Source: a virus
DNA length: 64,000 bases
Direction: 5' to 3' (one strand)
IMG/VR virus record: IMGVR_UViG_3300029915_000016
Location: 1-64,000 of that record
Shown here: one piece after another, positions 30,544 to 40,759 of the stretch
Layout of the letters: every line of letters begins with the position of its first letter
Numbering within the stretch: the first letter of the stretch is position 1
The notes under the pieces: model-generated
What the model saw: the letters and a program-made list of their open reading frames with translations, nothing else
Databases searched by the model: none
Told to the model about the DNA's origin: nothing
Translations under genes and position numbers: made by a program

Positions 30544-32313
30544 ATGGCGCAAAATGCAGGAGGAGGACTTCTCGGCGGCTTATTGTTGGGGGTTGGAGAA
30601 GGGTATTTAGGAAGAAAAGAAGAGCAACATGCCCGTAAGCAGGGGATGAAGGCGCAAGAGTTTCAGGATAAGCATGATGAAATTCAAGGACAGATTGCCA
30701 ACCTACAAACTAAACTTGCGTCAGTTCCCGAAGAGTCTAGGAATACTCCAGATTACCTAAAACTTCAAGACCAACTAGCCCAAGCCACTCAATCCCGTAA
30801 CGAGCATTGGAAAAGCCTCGATCATCCTAACGCGATAATGAAGTTTGGGAAGATGCTTGGGAGAGACTTGAAGTTTGGGAATAAGAAGGATGATACGACT
30901 GTAGCTCCACCCGTTTACGGCCAGCCCACGATGGATATAGATGGGGAGAAAGTCCCGACAGGACCAGCGTACAAGGTTCAAGGACCACAGACTCCAGAAC
31001 AAGTAAAAGCACAGACTGAAGCGGGAAAGATGATTTCCGCTTTGCCTTTATCACCTGAGAGGCAAGCATTACAGGGAGTACAGACGGATGCATCTACAAA
31101 ACTTGCATCGTTCAATGCATCGGTAAAGAACTTTCAAGCGATGAATCCTGATGCGACTCCTGAAGAGATTCAGTCATTCAGGAACGATCAAATCCAAAAG
31201 ATGTACGTCATGACCACGGCTGGAAATTGGGCGAATGTGAAGGGAAAGATGAATGGGCAGGATGTCACCCTTCTCTTTGACAAGAAGACTCATCAGTATC
31301 GTCTGCAAAACGGTGAGGCTGTACCTCAAGACATGCTTGCAACGTTTGTTCCTGAAACAAACACCACGGAATCGACTAGGACTCGTGCCGACTTCGCAGA
31401 GTATCAGAAACAGCATCCTGAATATAAGGGGACGTTTGAACAATGGAAGAATGAGCAGGCTGGAATAGGCAGAAATACGGCGGCTGCATCTAAACCTGAA
31501 TCGTTTGACAAGCAGTACCAAGCTGTTCTTCTTAAAGAGGCGTCTGGTCAACCTCTTACCCCGGATGAGATTGCGCGTAAGGCCGCATGGCAGATTTGGA
31601 ACAAGGAAACAAAAATCGATCCGGGTGTGGCGAGAATGGCAGCAGCAGGAGCCAATCGTTATATTATGGTCTACAATCCTGCCGATCCTGAAAACGTTAT
31701 TCCTATGCGTGCTGGAGATGCTGCTAAAGCAGGATTTAGATCACCGCAGAGTATCGCATTCCAAACAGACAAGGCCATTACGCGTTACATGGTTGCTGGT
31801 CAAGGCGCGGTTAATATCAACTACTTCAATACTGCCACAGACCACTTGGAAATTCTTCGTCAAGCTGGAGAAGCGTTGAATAATGGGGATTACCCACTGT
31901 TCAATAAATACGCTAACAGCTTTGCAACTGCGACAGGAGCGCCTGCACCGACTAATTTTGATGCGGTAAAGAGCGCCGTGGCTGGTGAGTTGTCGAAGAC
32001 GTTTAAGGGCACAGGAGCAACAGATCAAGAAATCGCAGAGATCAACCAGACTATCAATAATGCTCAATCTCCACAGCAGATTCAAGGTGCAATTGAGTAT
32101 TACACGAAACTGATGGGAAGCAAGTTGAATGCATTGAAGGGGCAGTATGATGCTGGAAAGAGCGGAAGGCCAAACTTCCCCGGCGCATCTACTACGCCGC
32201 AAAGTGGAGGTGCAGGAGCAAAGCACAAGATCAAGATTGGGAACAAGTTTTACACCTACAACGGAACAGGAGACACGTCGGATATTAAGAGCTATACTGA
32301 GGTGCCAAAATAA
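30544..32313 (+). CDS. probable DNA-ejection protein
   Basis: Gly-rich hydrophobic N-terminus, helical body; position. Confidence 0.6.
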   Translation: MAQNAGGGLLGGLLLGVGEGYLGRKEEQHARKQGMKAQEFQDKHDEIQGQIANLQTKLASVPEESRNTPDYLKLQDQLAQATQSRNEHWKSLDHPNAIMKFGKMLGRDLKFGNKKDDTTVAPPVYGQPTMDIDGEKVPTGPAYKVQGPQTPEQVKAQTEAGKMISALPLSPERQALQGVQTDASTKLASFNASVKNFQAMNPDATPEEIQSFRNDQIQKMYVMTTAGNWANVKGKMNGQDVTLLFDKKTHQYRLQNGEAVPQDMLATFVPETNTTESTRTRADFAEYQKQHPEYKGTFEQWKNEQAGIGRNTAAASKPESFDKQYQAVLLKEASGQPLTPDEIARKAAWQIWNKETKIDPGVARMAAAGANRYIMVYNPADPENVIPMRAGDAAKAGFRSPQSIAFQTDKAITRYMVAGQGAVNINYFNTATDHLEILRQAGEALNNGDYPLFNKYANSFATATGAPAPTNFDAVKSAVAGELSKTFKGTGATDQEIAEINQTINNAQSPQQIQGAIEYYTKLMGSKLNALKGQYDAGKSGRPNFPGASTTPQSGGAGAKHKIKIGNKFYTYNGTGDTSDIKSYTEVPK

Positions 32314-34736
32314 TGGCTCCCAAAAAGATGAAACTCCCTCCCGGTGCTGAGTTGGTCGATGATTCTTCGTCTATGAAGTTACCTGCTGGAGCGGAATTAG
32401 TTACAGACGAAGATAGCTCTCAAACTCCCACCGAAGACACCACCGAGTTCGCATTCAAGCCGGGTGACCAACACGGAAAATACAGGATGAAGAGTCCTTC
32501 CGGTAAGGATATTGACGTTGGTTACGAGAACGTGATGAATGCTTCCAAAAAAGGATACAAAATTCATCCAGACGACAGGGAAGTTTACGCAAATGATTAT
32601 GTAGCAGATTTACAGAAAAAAGCGAAAACAAGTGGACGCAAAGGATCGGAGTTTATCAATAAGCCGGTTGCCCAGCACATGCTTAACCCGGATACCGATC
32701 TACCACAATCATACGACGTGGTGAAGGCTGGACCTGAGAAGTGGAGTTTGGATTGGGTTAAGCAGAAAGCGAACAATTTAACGAGCCCACACGCGATATT
32801 GGACCAGCTTCCTACCGCTGGTAGCATCGCTGGTGGTGCTGCTGGCGCTACTGCTGGCGCTACGACTAGCCCGATAACTGGACCAGTTGGACCAATCGTC
32901 GGAAGGGTAGCAGGAGCGGGGGTAGGGGCAGGAGTGGGAGAGTCTGCTAGGCAGAAATTGGAGACAGTTGTATACCCATACGAGCATAGGCCAAGCGCGG
33001 AGGAGAATAAGAGACGGATTGCGATAGAGGCTGGTATGGGAGCAGCAGCGGAGGGTGCTGGATTAGGAGGGTCTAAAAGTATTGGTATCGCTGTTAAACC
33101 TCTACAGGAAACCGCTCTTGCATCTGAAAAAGCAGGGGTTAATTTATTGCCATCAGAGGCGGCAGGAAAAGCACCTAGTTTCGTTGAGAGATTTATGAAA
33201 GGCTCCGTTCTTACAAGCGGAAAGATGGAAAAGTTTCGTCAAACTCAAAACGCTGAGACGAAAGCGGTAGTAGAGAAAGTGGCAAATGATATATCAAAAT
33301 TCAATGGAACCCCTGAAGAACTTGGTAATTTAGTTCAAGATGGAATTGAAAATCACAAAAAAGGTTTCCGCGTAATCCAGAATCAGATGTACGACGACAT
33401 CGCCACAGATGTAAACGAGAGAACTATCAAGGTTCCGGTACAAACTCAGGTTCAATCGAAGGTATTGGATGCCCACGGCAAGCCAGTGATGACCACGGTT
33501 ACAAAATTGGAAGATAGAGTTGTCGATGACGTTATGCCTTCCATGAAATCGTTGAAGGATTATGCGAAAGAAAAAATGGCAGATTTAGAACTAAAAAAAG
33601 ACTTACTACCTAAGAAAGACCTAGAAGATTCCGAAGAATTGTTTAAGAAAATAATCAATTCTCCAGACAATGTACCGTTTAGAGTTGTAAAGGATATACG
33701 TAGTGATTATTTGGAAATATCCAGAAAACTAGACGAAGCATTGTCTACAAAGGCTGGAGGATTTGCGAAACACATGTCTGGTCTCTTCGATGAGTCCATG
33801 ATGGATGCTGCTGAGAAAAGTGGGATACAAGGACTGCCAGAGAAGATTCGTGCGGCCAACGCTTTCACTGCGAACGAACACAAGATGTTTGAGCAGGCTC
33901 TCGTTGAGAAGATAGTCAAGACGAAGAAGCCAGAAGCTATTGCTACGTTAATTCGTAATCCGAATATAGGGAATCAAGAGACACGTGATCTATTCGCAGT
34001 CCTTCCAAAACAACTACATCAACCTGTCCAACGACAGATCATTATGGACACCATGCGGCAGTCTGTAAACTTAAACACCAAAGCGTTCAACGAGCGCAGG
34101 TTTGCAGAAACCATAGCTAAAATAGGAGACGAAAGAGGACAGATAATATTTGGACCTAACTGGAAGAATGTAAAAGAGCTAACTGGAATTATGGAGAGGA
34201 TCAACGGCCCTGTAGGAATAGGAGCCAGCGGTGGAGCATCGTTGCAGAACTTTGCGCTACTCAAGAATGCTATGTTGCTGGCAATTCCGGGAGGAGAGGC
34301 AGCAAGAGGACAGTATGGAAGTGCGGCGGCATCTCTAGTAGGAGAATGGGCGTCACTTAACTTATTAGCGTCAGCGATGACTCATCCTGCAACGGCTGTA
34401 AAGATGTTGAAAGTAGCTCAAGGGTTCGCTCGCACTCTACCCTACGCAGGGTATGTTCTAGGAAACGTAGGTCGTGGTGAGGAAATAGGAAAGGGAGAGA
34501 CTCCAGACGAGAGACGGTTGGATGCAGTTAAACAGAAAGCGAAGGACTTGCAAGATAAGATGAGTCCTACGCCTGCCCCTGTCGCTCAACCTGCCGTGCA
34601 GCCAGTCGTTCCAGCACCCGTAGCCGTGCCTCAAATGCTGTACGATGAGGATGGTAATCCTGTTGGTCCACAATCTTCTAATCAAGGACACACGCATATA
34701 TGGGACGCAAAGACACAATCCATAGTGCCTGTATAA
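32313..34736 (+). CDS. probable DNA-ejection protein
   Basis: 807 aa with GAAGA-type hydrophobic Gly/Ala tract. Confidence 0.6.
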   Translation: MAPKKMKLPPGAELVDDSSSMKLPAGAELVTDEDSSQTPTEDTTEFAFKPGDQHGKYRMKSPSGKDIDVGYENVMNASKKGYKIHPDDREVYANDYVADLQKKAKTSGRKGSEFINKPVAQHMLNPDTDLPQSYDVVKAGPEKWSLDWVKQKANNLTSPHAILDQLPTAGSIAGGAAGATAGATTSPITGPVGPIVGRVAGAGVGAGVGESARQKLETVVYPYEHRPSAEENKRRIAIEAGMGAAAEGAGLGGSKSIGIAVKPLQETALASEKAGVNLLPSEAAGKAPSFVERFMKGSVLTSGKMEKFRQTQNAETKAVVEKVANDISKFNGTPEELGNLVQDGIENHKKGFRVIQNQMYDDIATDVNERTIKVPVQTQVQSKVLDAHGKPVMTTVTKLEDRVVDDVMPSMKSLKDYAKEKMADLELKKDLLPKKDLEDSEELFKKIINSPDNVPFRVVKDIRSDYLEISRKLDEALSTKAGGFAKHMSGLFDESMMDAAEKSGIQGLPEKIRAANAFTANEHKMFEQALVEKIVKTKKPEAIATLIRNPNIGNQETRDLFAVLPKQLHQPVQRQIIMDTMRQSVNLNTKAFNERRFAETIAKIGDERGQIIFGPNWKNVKELTGIMERINGPVGIGASGGASLQNFALLKNAMLLAIPGGEAARGQYGSAAASLVGEWASLNLLASAMTHPATAVKMLKVAQGFARTLPYAGYVLGNVGRGEEIGKGETPDERRLDAVKQKAKDLQDKMSPTPAPVAQPAVQPVVPAPVAVPQMLYDEDGNPVGPQSSNQGHTHIWDAKTQSIVPV

Positions 34737-34754
34737 AATATTTCTTGTTAACTC

Positions 34755-34782
34755 TTGACAATAGTAACCATAGGTATATACT
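34755..34782 (+). promoter_or_regulatory. sigma70 promoter of the zinc-finger/RAMP cassette (probably leaderless)
   Basis: TTGACA-16 nt-TATACT, ATG 6 nt downstream. Confidence 0.7.
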
Positions 34783-34788
34783 TAAAGT

Positions 34789-34932
34789 ATGCCACAGCGA
34801 ATAGAAAAAAGGACAATCTGGGTCTGTAGCCGGTGCAAGCACGAATGGGAGAGCAAAGACGGGCAGAAGCCTGTATGCTGCGCCAAGTGCAAATCTCCGT
34901 ATTGGGACAGAGAACCTAAATCTGACCGCTAA
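34789..34932 (+). CDS. 47-aa zinc-ribbon protein
   Basis: MPQRIEKRTIWVCSRCKHEWESKDGQKPVCCAKCKSPYWDREPKSDR. Confidence 0.75.
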   Translation: MPQRIEKRTIWVCSRCKHEWESKDGQKPVCCAKCKSPYWDREPKSDR

Positions 34933-34955
34933 TCCAATGGCATACGAGGCAGTAA

Positions 34956-35576
34956 ATGGATGCGAAAGTAACCGCTTTGAGTGGTGTGTCTAACGATGCG
35001 CAGTTGGACATTGAAATTCAAACCCCATACATGGTTGAGGCGACAATCGAAGGAACGGCACCGATTCTATTTCATCGCTGGTCGTGTGATGCAGTTGAGG
35101 AAAAGTCGAAGGCGGCAAAAGGTTCAGCGGCCAAGAAGACAGATAATGTTGAGTCATACTTATACAGGGACGAAAAAGGAGAAGTGTCGATTCCAGCAGA
35201 ATACTTCCGGCAATCTGTTATTTCTGCCGCTAAGTTCAAGCAAGATCCTCGCTCCCCGCGCAAGTCGGCTATGGACTTATTTAAGGCTGGAATTGCAACA
35301 CTCGGAGAACTCTGCTCTTTCGGGTTAAAAGAACCTGATTATATGGATCGTCGCAGGGTGGTAATTCAACGAAGTGCAATCACTCGTGTTCGGCCTGCGA
35401 TGGCGATAGGATGGAAATGCACTGTTGGTTTCCAGATTCTTCTTCCCGAATACATCAATCCTGCGCTGATGAATGATACTCTTCAATACGCTGGACGGAT
35501 TGTAGGAGTAGGGGATTTTCGCCCGTCATTTGGTCGCTATCAAGTGACAGGATTTAACGTGATAAGATTAAATTAG
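34956..35576 (+). CDS. stand-alone RAMP/Cas7-like protein
   Basis: N-terminal strand IEGTAPILF, IPAEYFRQSV (cf. RAMP IPGSSLKG), C-terminal Gly-rich loop AGRIVGVGDFRPSFGRY. Confidence 0.65.
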   Translation: MDAKVTALSGVSNDAQLDIEIQTPYMVEATIEGTAPILFHRWSCDAVEEKSKAAKGSAAKKTDNVESYLYRDEKGEVSIPAEYFRQSVISAAKFKQDPRSPRKSAMDLFKAGIATLGELCSFGLKEPDYMDRRRVVIQRSAITRVRPAMAIGWKCTVGFQILLPEYINPALMNDTLQYAGRIVGVGDFRPSFGRYQVTGFNVIRLN

Positions 35577-35579
35577 CAT

Positions 35580-35699
35580 GGCTTGGCTTGGTTCGGCGGG
35601 GCATGGCTCGGTCTGGTGGGCTAAGGCGAGGCAAGGCATGGCCCGGTAAGGTCCGGCTCGGCACGGCTTGGAACGGCAAGGCGTGGTAAGGCATGGTAG
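35580..35699 (+). repeat. 24 phased pentamers GGY-NN; candidate non-coding guide RNA
   Basis: 22 of 24 units start GGC or GGT in exact 5-nt register; the last two bases vary. Confidence 0.9.
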
Positions 35700-35701
35700 A
35701 G

Positions 35702-35729
35702 CGGCGAACTTAGGTTCGCCGTTTCTTTT
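35702..35729 (+). terminator. intrinsic terminator closing the RAMP/repeat cassette
   Basis: CGGCGAAC-TTAG-GTTCGCCG followed by TTTCTTTT. Confidence 0.85.
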
Positions 35730-35749
35730 ATTTGAGGTATAATCTCGGT

Positions 35750-38383
35750 ATGCCTGATTCTAAGAAAACCACGAAAATTGTTCAGGTTAAAGGATTGGGG
35801 ACCATATCTTTTCCGTCCGACATGGACGATGAGCATATCTCTCAGCAGATCATGTCGCATCTGAAGAAGAAGAAAACATCTCCCATCACAACAGAGGAGA
35901 GCGAGCACGCACGGCAACTGAAGCCTGCGCAGCCGTTGAGCACGGCGATACCTAAGATGCCTGAGTGGGCTAACAAGCCTATACTCTCAGGTCTGACGGT
36001 TGATGCACAGATTGAGAGAGCAGAGAAAGGTGGTCACCAAAAAGATGCAGATTGGTTAAGGAAACAGAAGGCTCTACAAGATAAGGCTTACGAGAAGAAC
36101 AAAGAGAAATATCCTATCGCCACAGGAGTAACCACGGGCGTAGGAGAATTCGCTGATAGTATGACGAGTCCTGCAAATCTGGCTTTGATTGTAGGATCTC
36201 CACAATCCAAACTACTCAGTGCTTTCTTCTCTATCCAAGCTCTCAAAGGCTCATACCAGAACGCGAAGCAGGCTCAGGATGCATACGACAAAGGAAACAA
36301 CCAAGAAGCTATAAAGTACGCCACAGAAGCGGGTCTAGGGATCGGATTGGCCTACGGAGCAGGAAAACATGCAGTCAAGGATCTTCCTGTACCGGCTCCT
36401 GTACGGAACTTTATGGAGAACGAGGAAGGAAGTCTTACCTACAAAGCATCCGATAAATCTCAGCCATTCTTTTTGAAGTCAGAGAAGATACTGAATGACA
36501 AGGTTCGGGGTCCAATGCCGGGTGAGGACATTCACAAGATGCTTTTGGCGAACGGCGTAGGACCGGAAGAGATGAAGTGGACTGGCTTGGATGACATGTT
36601 GAAGGGGAAGGGAAAAGAGAAAGTAACCCCTGCCGACATTCAGAAGCATATTGCAGAGAATGATATACAGATTAAGGAAGTGACAAAAGGAGACAATAGT
36701 GAAGAAGAAGCGTTAAGGAATGAATATTATCGTCTTGGAAATGCTCGTCAAGCTGCGTATAAGAAAGCAGAAGCGTCTGGAGATAAAGCGGATTATGAAG
36801 AATCTATACGACTAGGACAACAAGAGAGCGAAGCACATAATAGATGGAACGAATACCGCGATAAACCGCGTGAATCAACTAAATTCGCAGGATACACTCT
36901 TCCCGGAGGCAGTAACTACCGGGAGATGCTGTTGACGATGCCTCAAGACAAATTTATGCCTTCGTTTGATGAATGGTCTAGAGCAAACGGATATGGAGAC
37001 CATGAAGGATCTAGAAATCTATACGAAAAAATAAGGAATGGAGAGTCTCCAGATACCACTGGGAATTCCAACCAATTCCGTTCCTCTCACTGGGAAGAAC
37101 CCAACGTACTAGGACACGTCCGCTTTAATGACCGTACTGGTCCTAATGGGGAGAAGATACTGCACGTCGAAGAGTTGCAGAGCGATTGGCATCAGAAAGG
37201 TAGATCGGAAGGGTATCGTCTTCCCGTATCTGAAACATCGAAGATGGACTCGGAATATCGTGCATTAGTTCACAAGAACGCAGATTCCAGAGCTAATGGA
37301 GGAACTCCTAATCCGGCAGATGTTGCCAGAGCGAAGGAACTTGAGGAGCATTTAATAAGATCAGATAAATCAAAGATGCCCGATGCTCCATTTAAGAAGG
37401 AATGGCCAGAGCTTCTATTCAAGCGTATGCTCCGGTACGCGGCAGAGAACGGCTATGACGGCATTAGCTGGACGCCGGGAGAAGAGCAGGCGTCACGATA
37501 CGACTTGTCGAAGCAGATCAGCCGAATTGAATATAAAAAAGGAATGAAGTATAACCACACCGACCCTCAGAAGTGGACGATCAACGCTTTTGATCTTGAC
37601 GGTAATGGTGTGATGAAACAATTCGTCACAGGTGATGAACTACCAAATATTGTTGGGAAAGAGGTAGCCGCAAAGATTATAGGCGATAAGGAAGACCAAG
37701 GAGAACTTTCCGGTCTCGATCTCAAGGTTGGCGGGGAAGGAATGAAGGGATTTTACGACAAGATCGTACCCGACATAGCCAACAAGCTAGGAAAGAAGTG
37801 GGGAACGAAGGTTGGAGAGACGAAGATACCAGTACAAGGAGATTTTGAATACAAATACAGTGGACCAGAAAGGACAATGGACGATGTAAACACTCTCTTG
37901 TCCGTAGCTCAGGGGAGAGGAAACACGAAGATTTCTCCGATCACTGGCAAGCCTATGATGTTTGTTGCGGAACGTGTGGATGTTGAAAACGGTCTGCAAA
38001 GAATAAAGAGAGAGATGAAGCAAGGCAAGACTTTCTCTCAAGCAATGGGAATAACAGGAACCCCTGAATTAGCAGAATGGTTTGGCGGAGAGGTAAAGGA
38101 AGCAGCTAACATCAACCAGAAGCCAGTACCCTACATGCCTATCACTCCAGAGATGCGTAAGGGAGTGAAGGGGGAGCAGCACAGCCTATTCGGATCAGGA
38201 ACGGCACCGACACTATCTGATGTGAAGGCGAAAGCAGAAAAGTTGAATCCTAAGCAGATCAAAGAGTCCGTTGCTCACTCTCAGTCAAACGGAGTGAAAG
38301 TTACCGATCCGAACGGACACATCCATACATTTCCTGACGAGCAGAGCGCGTCAAGGTTTAAGATGGCAGCAGGTATACAGTAG
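35750..38383 (+). CDS. large polyvalent-type internal virion protein
   Basis: YTLPGGSNYREMLL, SSHW, LHVEELQSDWHQKG and GMKGFYDKI motifs seen in large ejected phage proteins; TATAAT 6 nt before ATG. Confidence 0.65.
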   Translation: MPDSKKTTKIVQVKGLGTISFPSDMDDEHISQQIMSHLKKKKTSPITTEESEHARQLKPAQPLSTAIPKMPEWANKPILSGLTVDAQIERAEKGGHQKDADWLRKQKALQDKAYEKNKEKYPIATGVTTGVGEFADSMTSPANLALIVGSPQSKLLSAFFSIQALKGSYQNAKQAQDAYDKGNNQEAIKYATEAGLGIGLAYGAGKHAVKDLPVPAPVRNFMENEEGSLTYKASDKSQPFFLKSEKILNDKVRGPMPGEDIHKMLLANGVGPEEMKWTGLDDMLKGKGKEKVTPADIQKHIAENDIQIKEVTKGDNSEEEALRNEYYRLGNARQAAYKKAEASGDKADYEESIRLGQQESEAHNRWNEYRDKPRESTKFAGYTLPGGSNYREMLLTMPQDKFMPSFDEWSRANGYGDHEGSRNLYEKIRNGESPDTTGNSNQFRSSHWEEPNVLGHVRFNDRTGPNGEKILHVEELQSDWHQKGRSEGYRLPVSETSKMDSEYRALVHKNADSRANGGTPNPADVARAKELEEHLIRSDKSKMPDAPFKKEWPELLFKRMLRYAAENGYDGISWTPGEEQASRYDLSKQISRIEYKKGMKYNHTDPQKWTINAFDLDGNGVMKQFVTGDELPNIVGKEVAAKIIGDKEDQGELSGLDLKVGGEGMKGFYDKIVPDIANKLGKKWGTKVGETKIPVQGDFEYKYSGPERTMDDVNTLLSVAQGRGNTKISPITGKPMMFVAERVDVENGLQRIKREMKQGKTFSQAMGITGTPELAEWFGGEVKEAANINQKPVPYMPITPEMRKGVKGEQHSLFGSGTAPTLSDVKAKAEKLNPKQIKESVAHSQSNGVKVTDPNGHIHTFPDEQSASRFKMAAGIQ

Positions 38384-39523
38384 ATGCCCACACCGAACAA
38401 GCCGAAGGAGTTCTATCATTCCTTAGCGAAAACGCATGGTGCAACGTCCAGCGTGATACCTGATACCGGCTCTGTGATGCCGCCAGAAGAGCAGAGAATC
38501 GAACACGCCGTAGACGCTCGATACGTCAAAGCAGCACCGTATCAGGACGCCATATCATCGGTAGGAAAGAACGAACCGCACGAGATACAAATCAACGATC
38601 CTTCGCGCTTTTCTCTTGATCCGGTGCAGACAAAATCACACGAGTTGATCCATCTGGCGATGAACCAGCTTGCAGGCCCACTAAGGAACGCTATCCCGAA
38701 AGATGATCCGAAGAAGCCTTACGATATATCCAATATTGACGATCTTAGGAAGAAAGGACTCAAGTTGTGGCAACTACCACAAGAGCAGGCCGCAACTATT
38801 CTCCAGACCTACACAGCCGATCCTAGCCAGCGTAAGAGGCTTCAGGAGTGGGTGAACGACCTGAATAATATGCCTTTATCTGTGATGAATCCAACGAGTC
38901 CTAACCAAAAAGGGATCAACACAACAATACGACCACCAGTGCCACCGATAGAGGGATACGAGAGGCTGAAGGACATAAAAGCAAAGGCTCAAGAGCTACA
39001 TAATCATTTCGTCAAGTCTGGATACGCGCAACCAAGTAAAGATATTCCTCTTCCATCACAGCCAAAGGACGCATTAAACAAGTATGCCAACCCTGAGCAG
39101 CAACCGCCGAAGGTATCGTTTGAGTTCAATAAGGGATGGTCGAAACCGGGTCCATACGCGACGAAACTTATTCCTACAGAGGAGCAGGAGTTCCGTCAGT
39201 GGGCGGCAAAGAATCCTAATTCTATACGTGGCGAAGTAGGACCAGCACCGAAATTTGAGCCTATTCCTACGGCAGATTATGACGTGAGAGGACACTTTCA
39301 TGCGGCCAAGACAGGAGATCCTGCGGCGACACTGACACCTAACAAGTGGGATGGGAAGATACACGGTAATGATCGATTCAAGACGCCTTACAATGGAGGG
39401 TTTTCTAATGAGAGCATGTACGCTCTGCCTCATGCTCCACGGTGGGTAGTAAACAGATTGATGACGCATGATGGTAAGCTGGTAACAGACGAAACACCAC
39501 GTAAGCCGGGAGGACAAAAGTGA
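38384..39523 (+). CDS. hypothetical protein with HExxH motif
   Basis: SHELIH; 379 aa. Confidence 0.6.
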   Translation: MPTPNKPKEFYHSLAKTHGATSSVIPDTGSVMPPEEQRIEHAVDARYVKAAPYQDAISSVGKNEPHEIQINDPSRFSLDPVQTKSHELIHLAMNQLAGPLRNAIPKDDPKKPYDISNIDDLRKKGLKLWQLPQEQAATILQTYTADPSQRKRLQEWVNDLNNMPLSVMNPTSPNQKGINTTIRPPVPPIEGYERLKDIKAKAQELHNHFVKSGYAQPSKDIPLPSQPKDALNKYANPEQQPPKVSFEFNKGWSKPGPYATKLIPTEEQEFRQWAAKNPNSIRGEVGPAPKFEPIPTADYDVRGHFHAAKTGDPAATLTPNKWDGKIHGNDRFKTPYNGGFSNESMYALPHAPRWVVNRLMTHDGKLVTDETPRKPGGQK

Positions 39524-39744
39524 TTGAGCTAATTGAAGGTCAGTGGTTCAACCCGTATGAGATTGTATCGGTAAAGTCAATCAGCAAGGATAAATGTGTT
39601 TTATGGACGACAGGACAACCATCGACAGAAGGACACGTATTAGAATTTCCTGCCGAAGAAGTCGTCCAAGCAATTGAGGATGCAATAGAAGAGATCGAGA
39701 GCGAAGAAGTAGACGACGAAGACGCCGATCAGAACGAAGAATGA
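39520..39744 (+). CDS. small acidic protein
   Basis: GGAGG RBS, GTG start. Confidence 0.65.
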   Translation: MIELIEGQWFNPYEIVSVKSISKDKCVLWTTGQPSTEGHVLEFPAEEVVQAIEDAIEEIESEEVDDEDADQNEE

Positions 39745-40664
39745 CAAGTCCATTCCTTTTATCTCACATAGAGCATTGCATACGTGACGGTTTCTGGACC
39801 CGCGATTGGAAACGCTGGAAACTTGAGCCTAACGAGATGATCCAGCGTGGCCTATTGGCTGGACTAACCTCACCGCGACAGGATTACGGAGTAGTATGCG
39901 GTGAAGAGATCATGGGTCTTGGTTCAGAACCGGGATTAGAGACCAAAGAACACAACTTATACGATCAAATAGTTCACTTAGCGGCACTCGCAGACATCGT
40001 ATGCTCGGCCATCCGTAAGCCCACCGAGGGCCCGTGGCTGCGCCCTGAGCCTGTTACGTTGGCGGAAGGATCAACGTGGCGATCAGGAGCCTATATGTCT
40101 CCAGATGGTCGTTTCTTGAGACGCATCGTCCTAGCGTCGGCGTGGAACGATGACCGTCACTACTCAGAGGCTCGTAGCTGGTATACATTGGGAGAAGTCT
40201 GTGCCTACGATCTTCCAATGCAGCAAGCCGTTATCATCCTTGGCCAACACCGGGAAGGAAAGCGACACGGCTACTGGTCGAAGGGACTCAGGCACCCGGT
40301 CAACAAAAAATTGCGATTCAGGAAGCGCAACGATGTGTCAACCGGGTTCAAGAGTTCATGGAACTCTGTATGGCGCGAGGATTATGACGAGATTACCACG
40401 AAAGAGTGGCTCGACGCCATGTATGAAGATGGGGTTTTACAGGACGTAGCATTCAACGTCGATATTCCTGTCCCTGTCAAGGAAGTTAGGAAGAAGATCG
40501 TAGACTTGGCGGCTAGGAAACTGGAAGAGATTGAAGAGATGAAAGAAATTCCAGATATGCAATTATCAACATGTTCATGGCCTGTGAAGTGCCAGTTTAT
40601 CAGACCGTGCCATAATTTCGAGACGCCCAATGGAAGGTATGGATTTGTTAATATCAATACCTGA
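39741..40664 (+). CDS. possible Cas4/PD-(D/E)xK-like protein, diverged
   Basis: C-terminal C.....CQF...C cluster; catalytic motif not evident. Confidence 0.4.
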   Translation: MTSPFLLSHIEHCIRDGFWTRDWKRWKLEPNEMIQRGLLAGLTSPRQDYGVVCGEEIMGLGSEPGLETKEHNLYDQIVHLAALADIVCSAIRKPTEGPWLRPEPVTLAEGSTWRSGAYMSPDGRFLRRIVLASAWNDDRHYSEARSWYTLGEVCAYDLPMQQAVIILGQHREGKRHGYWSKGLRHPVNKKLRFRKRNDVSTGFKSSWNSVWREDYDEITTKEWLDAMYEDGVLQDVAFNVDIPVPVKEVRKKIVDLAARKLEEIEEMKEIPDMQLSTCSWPVKCQFIRPCHNFETPNGRYGFVNINT

Positions 40665-40759
40665 TTAACTTCTTTGGAGACAAGCACTTATCAACACTTA
40701 ATCCTTTGCTGATACGTTTACGTATTCCTGCTTCAGTTATTCCTATTTTTCTAGCCCAA

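Noticed and set aside
35580-35699. CRISPR array or simple microsatellite
   Set aside because: No long repeat-spacer structure, and positions 4-5 of each unit are too variable for slippage.
35621-35917. Minus-strand ORF running through the pentamer repeat
   Set aside because: Product of the repeat; the 5-nt period and plus-strand terminator argue for a non-coding role.
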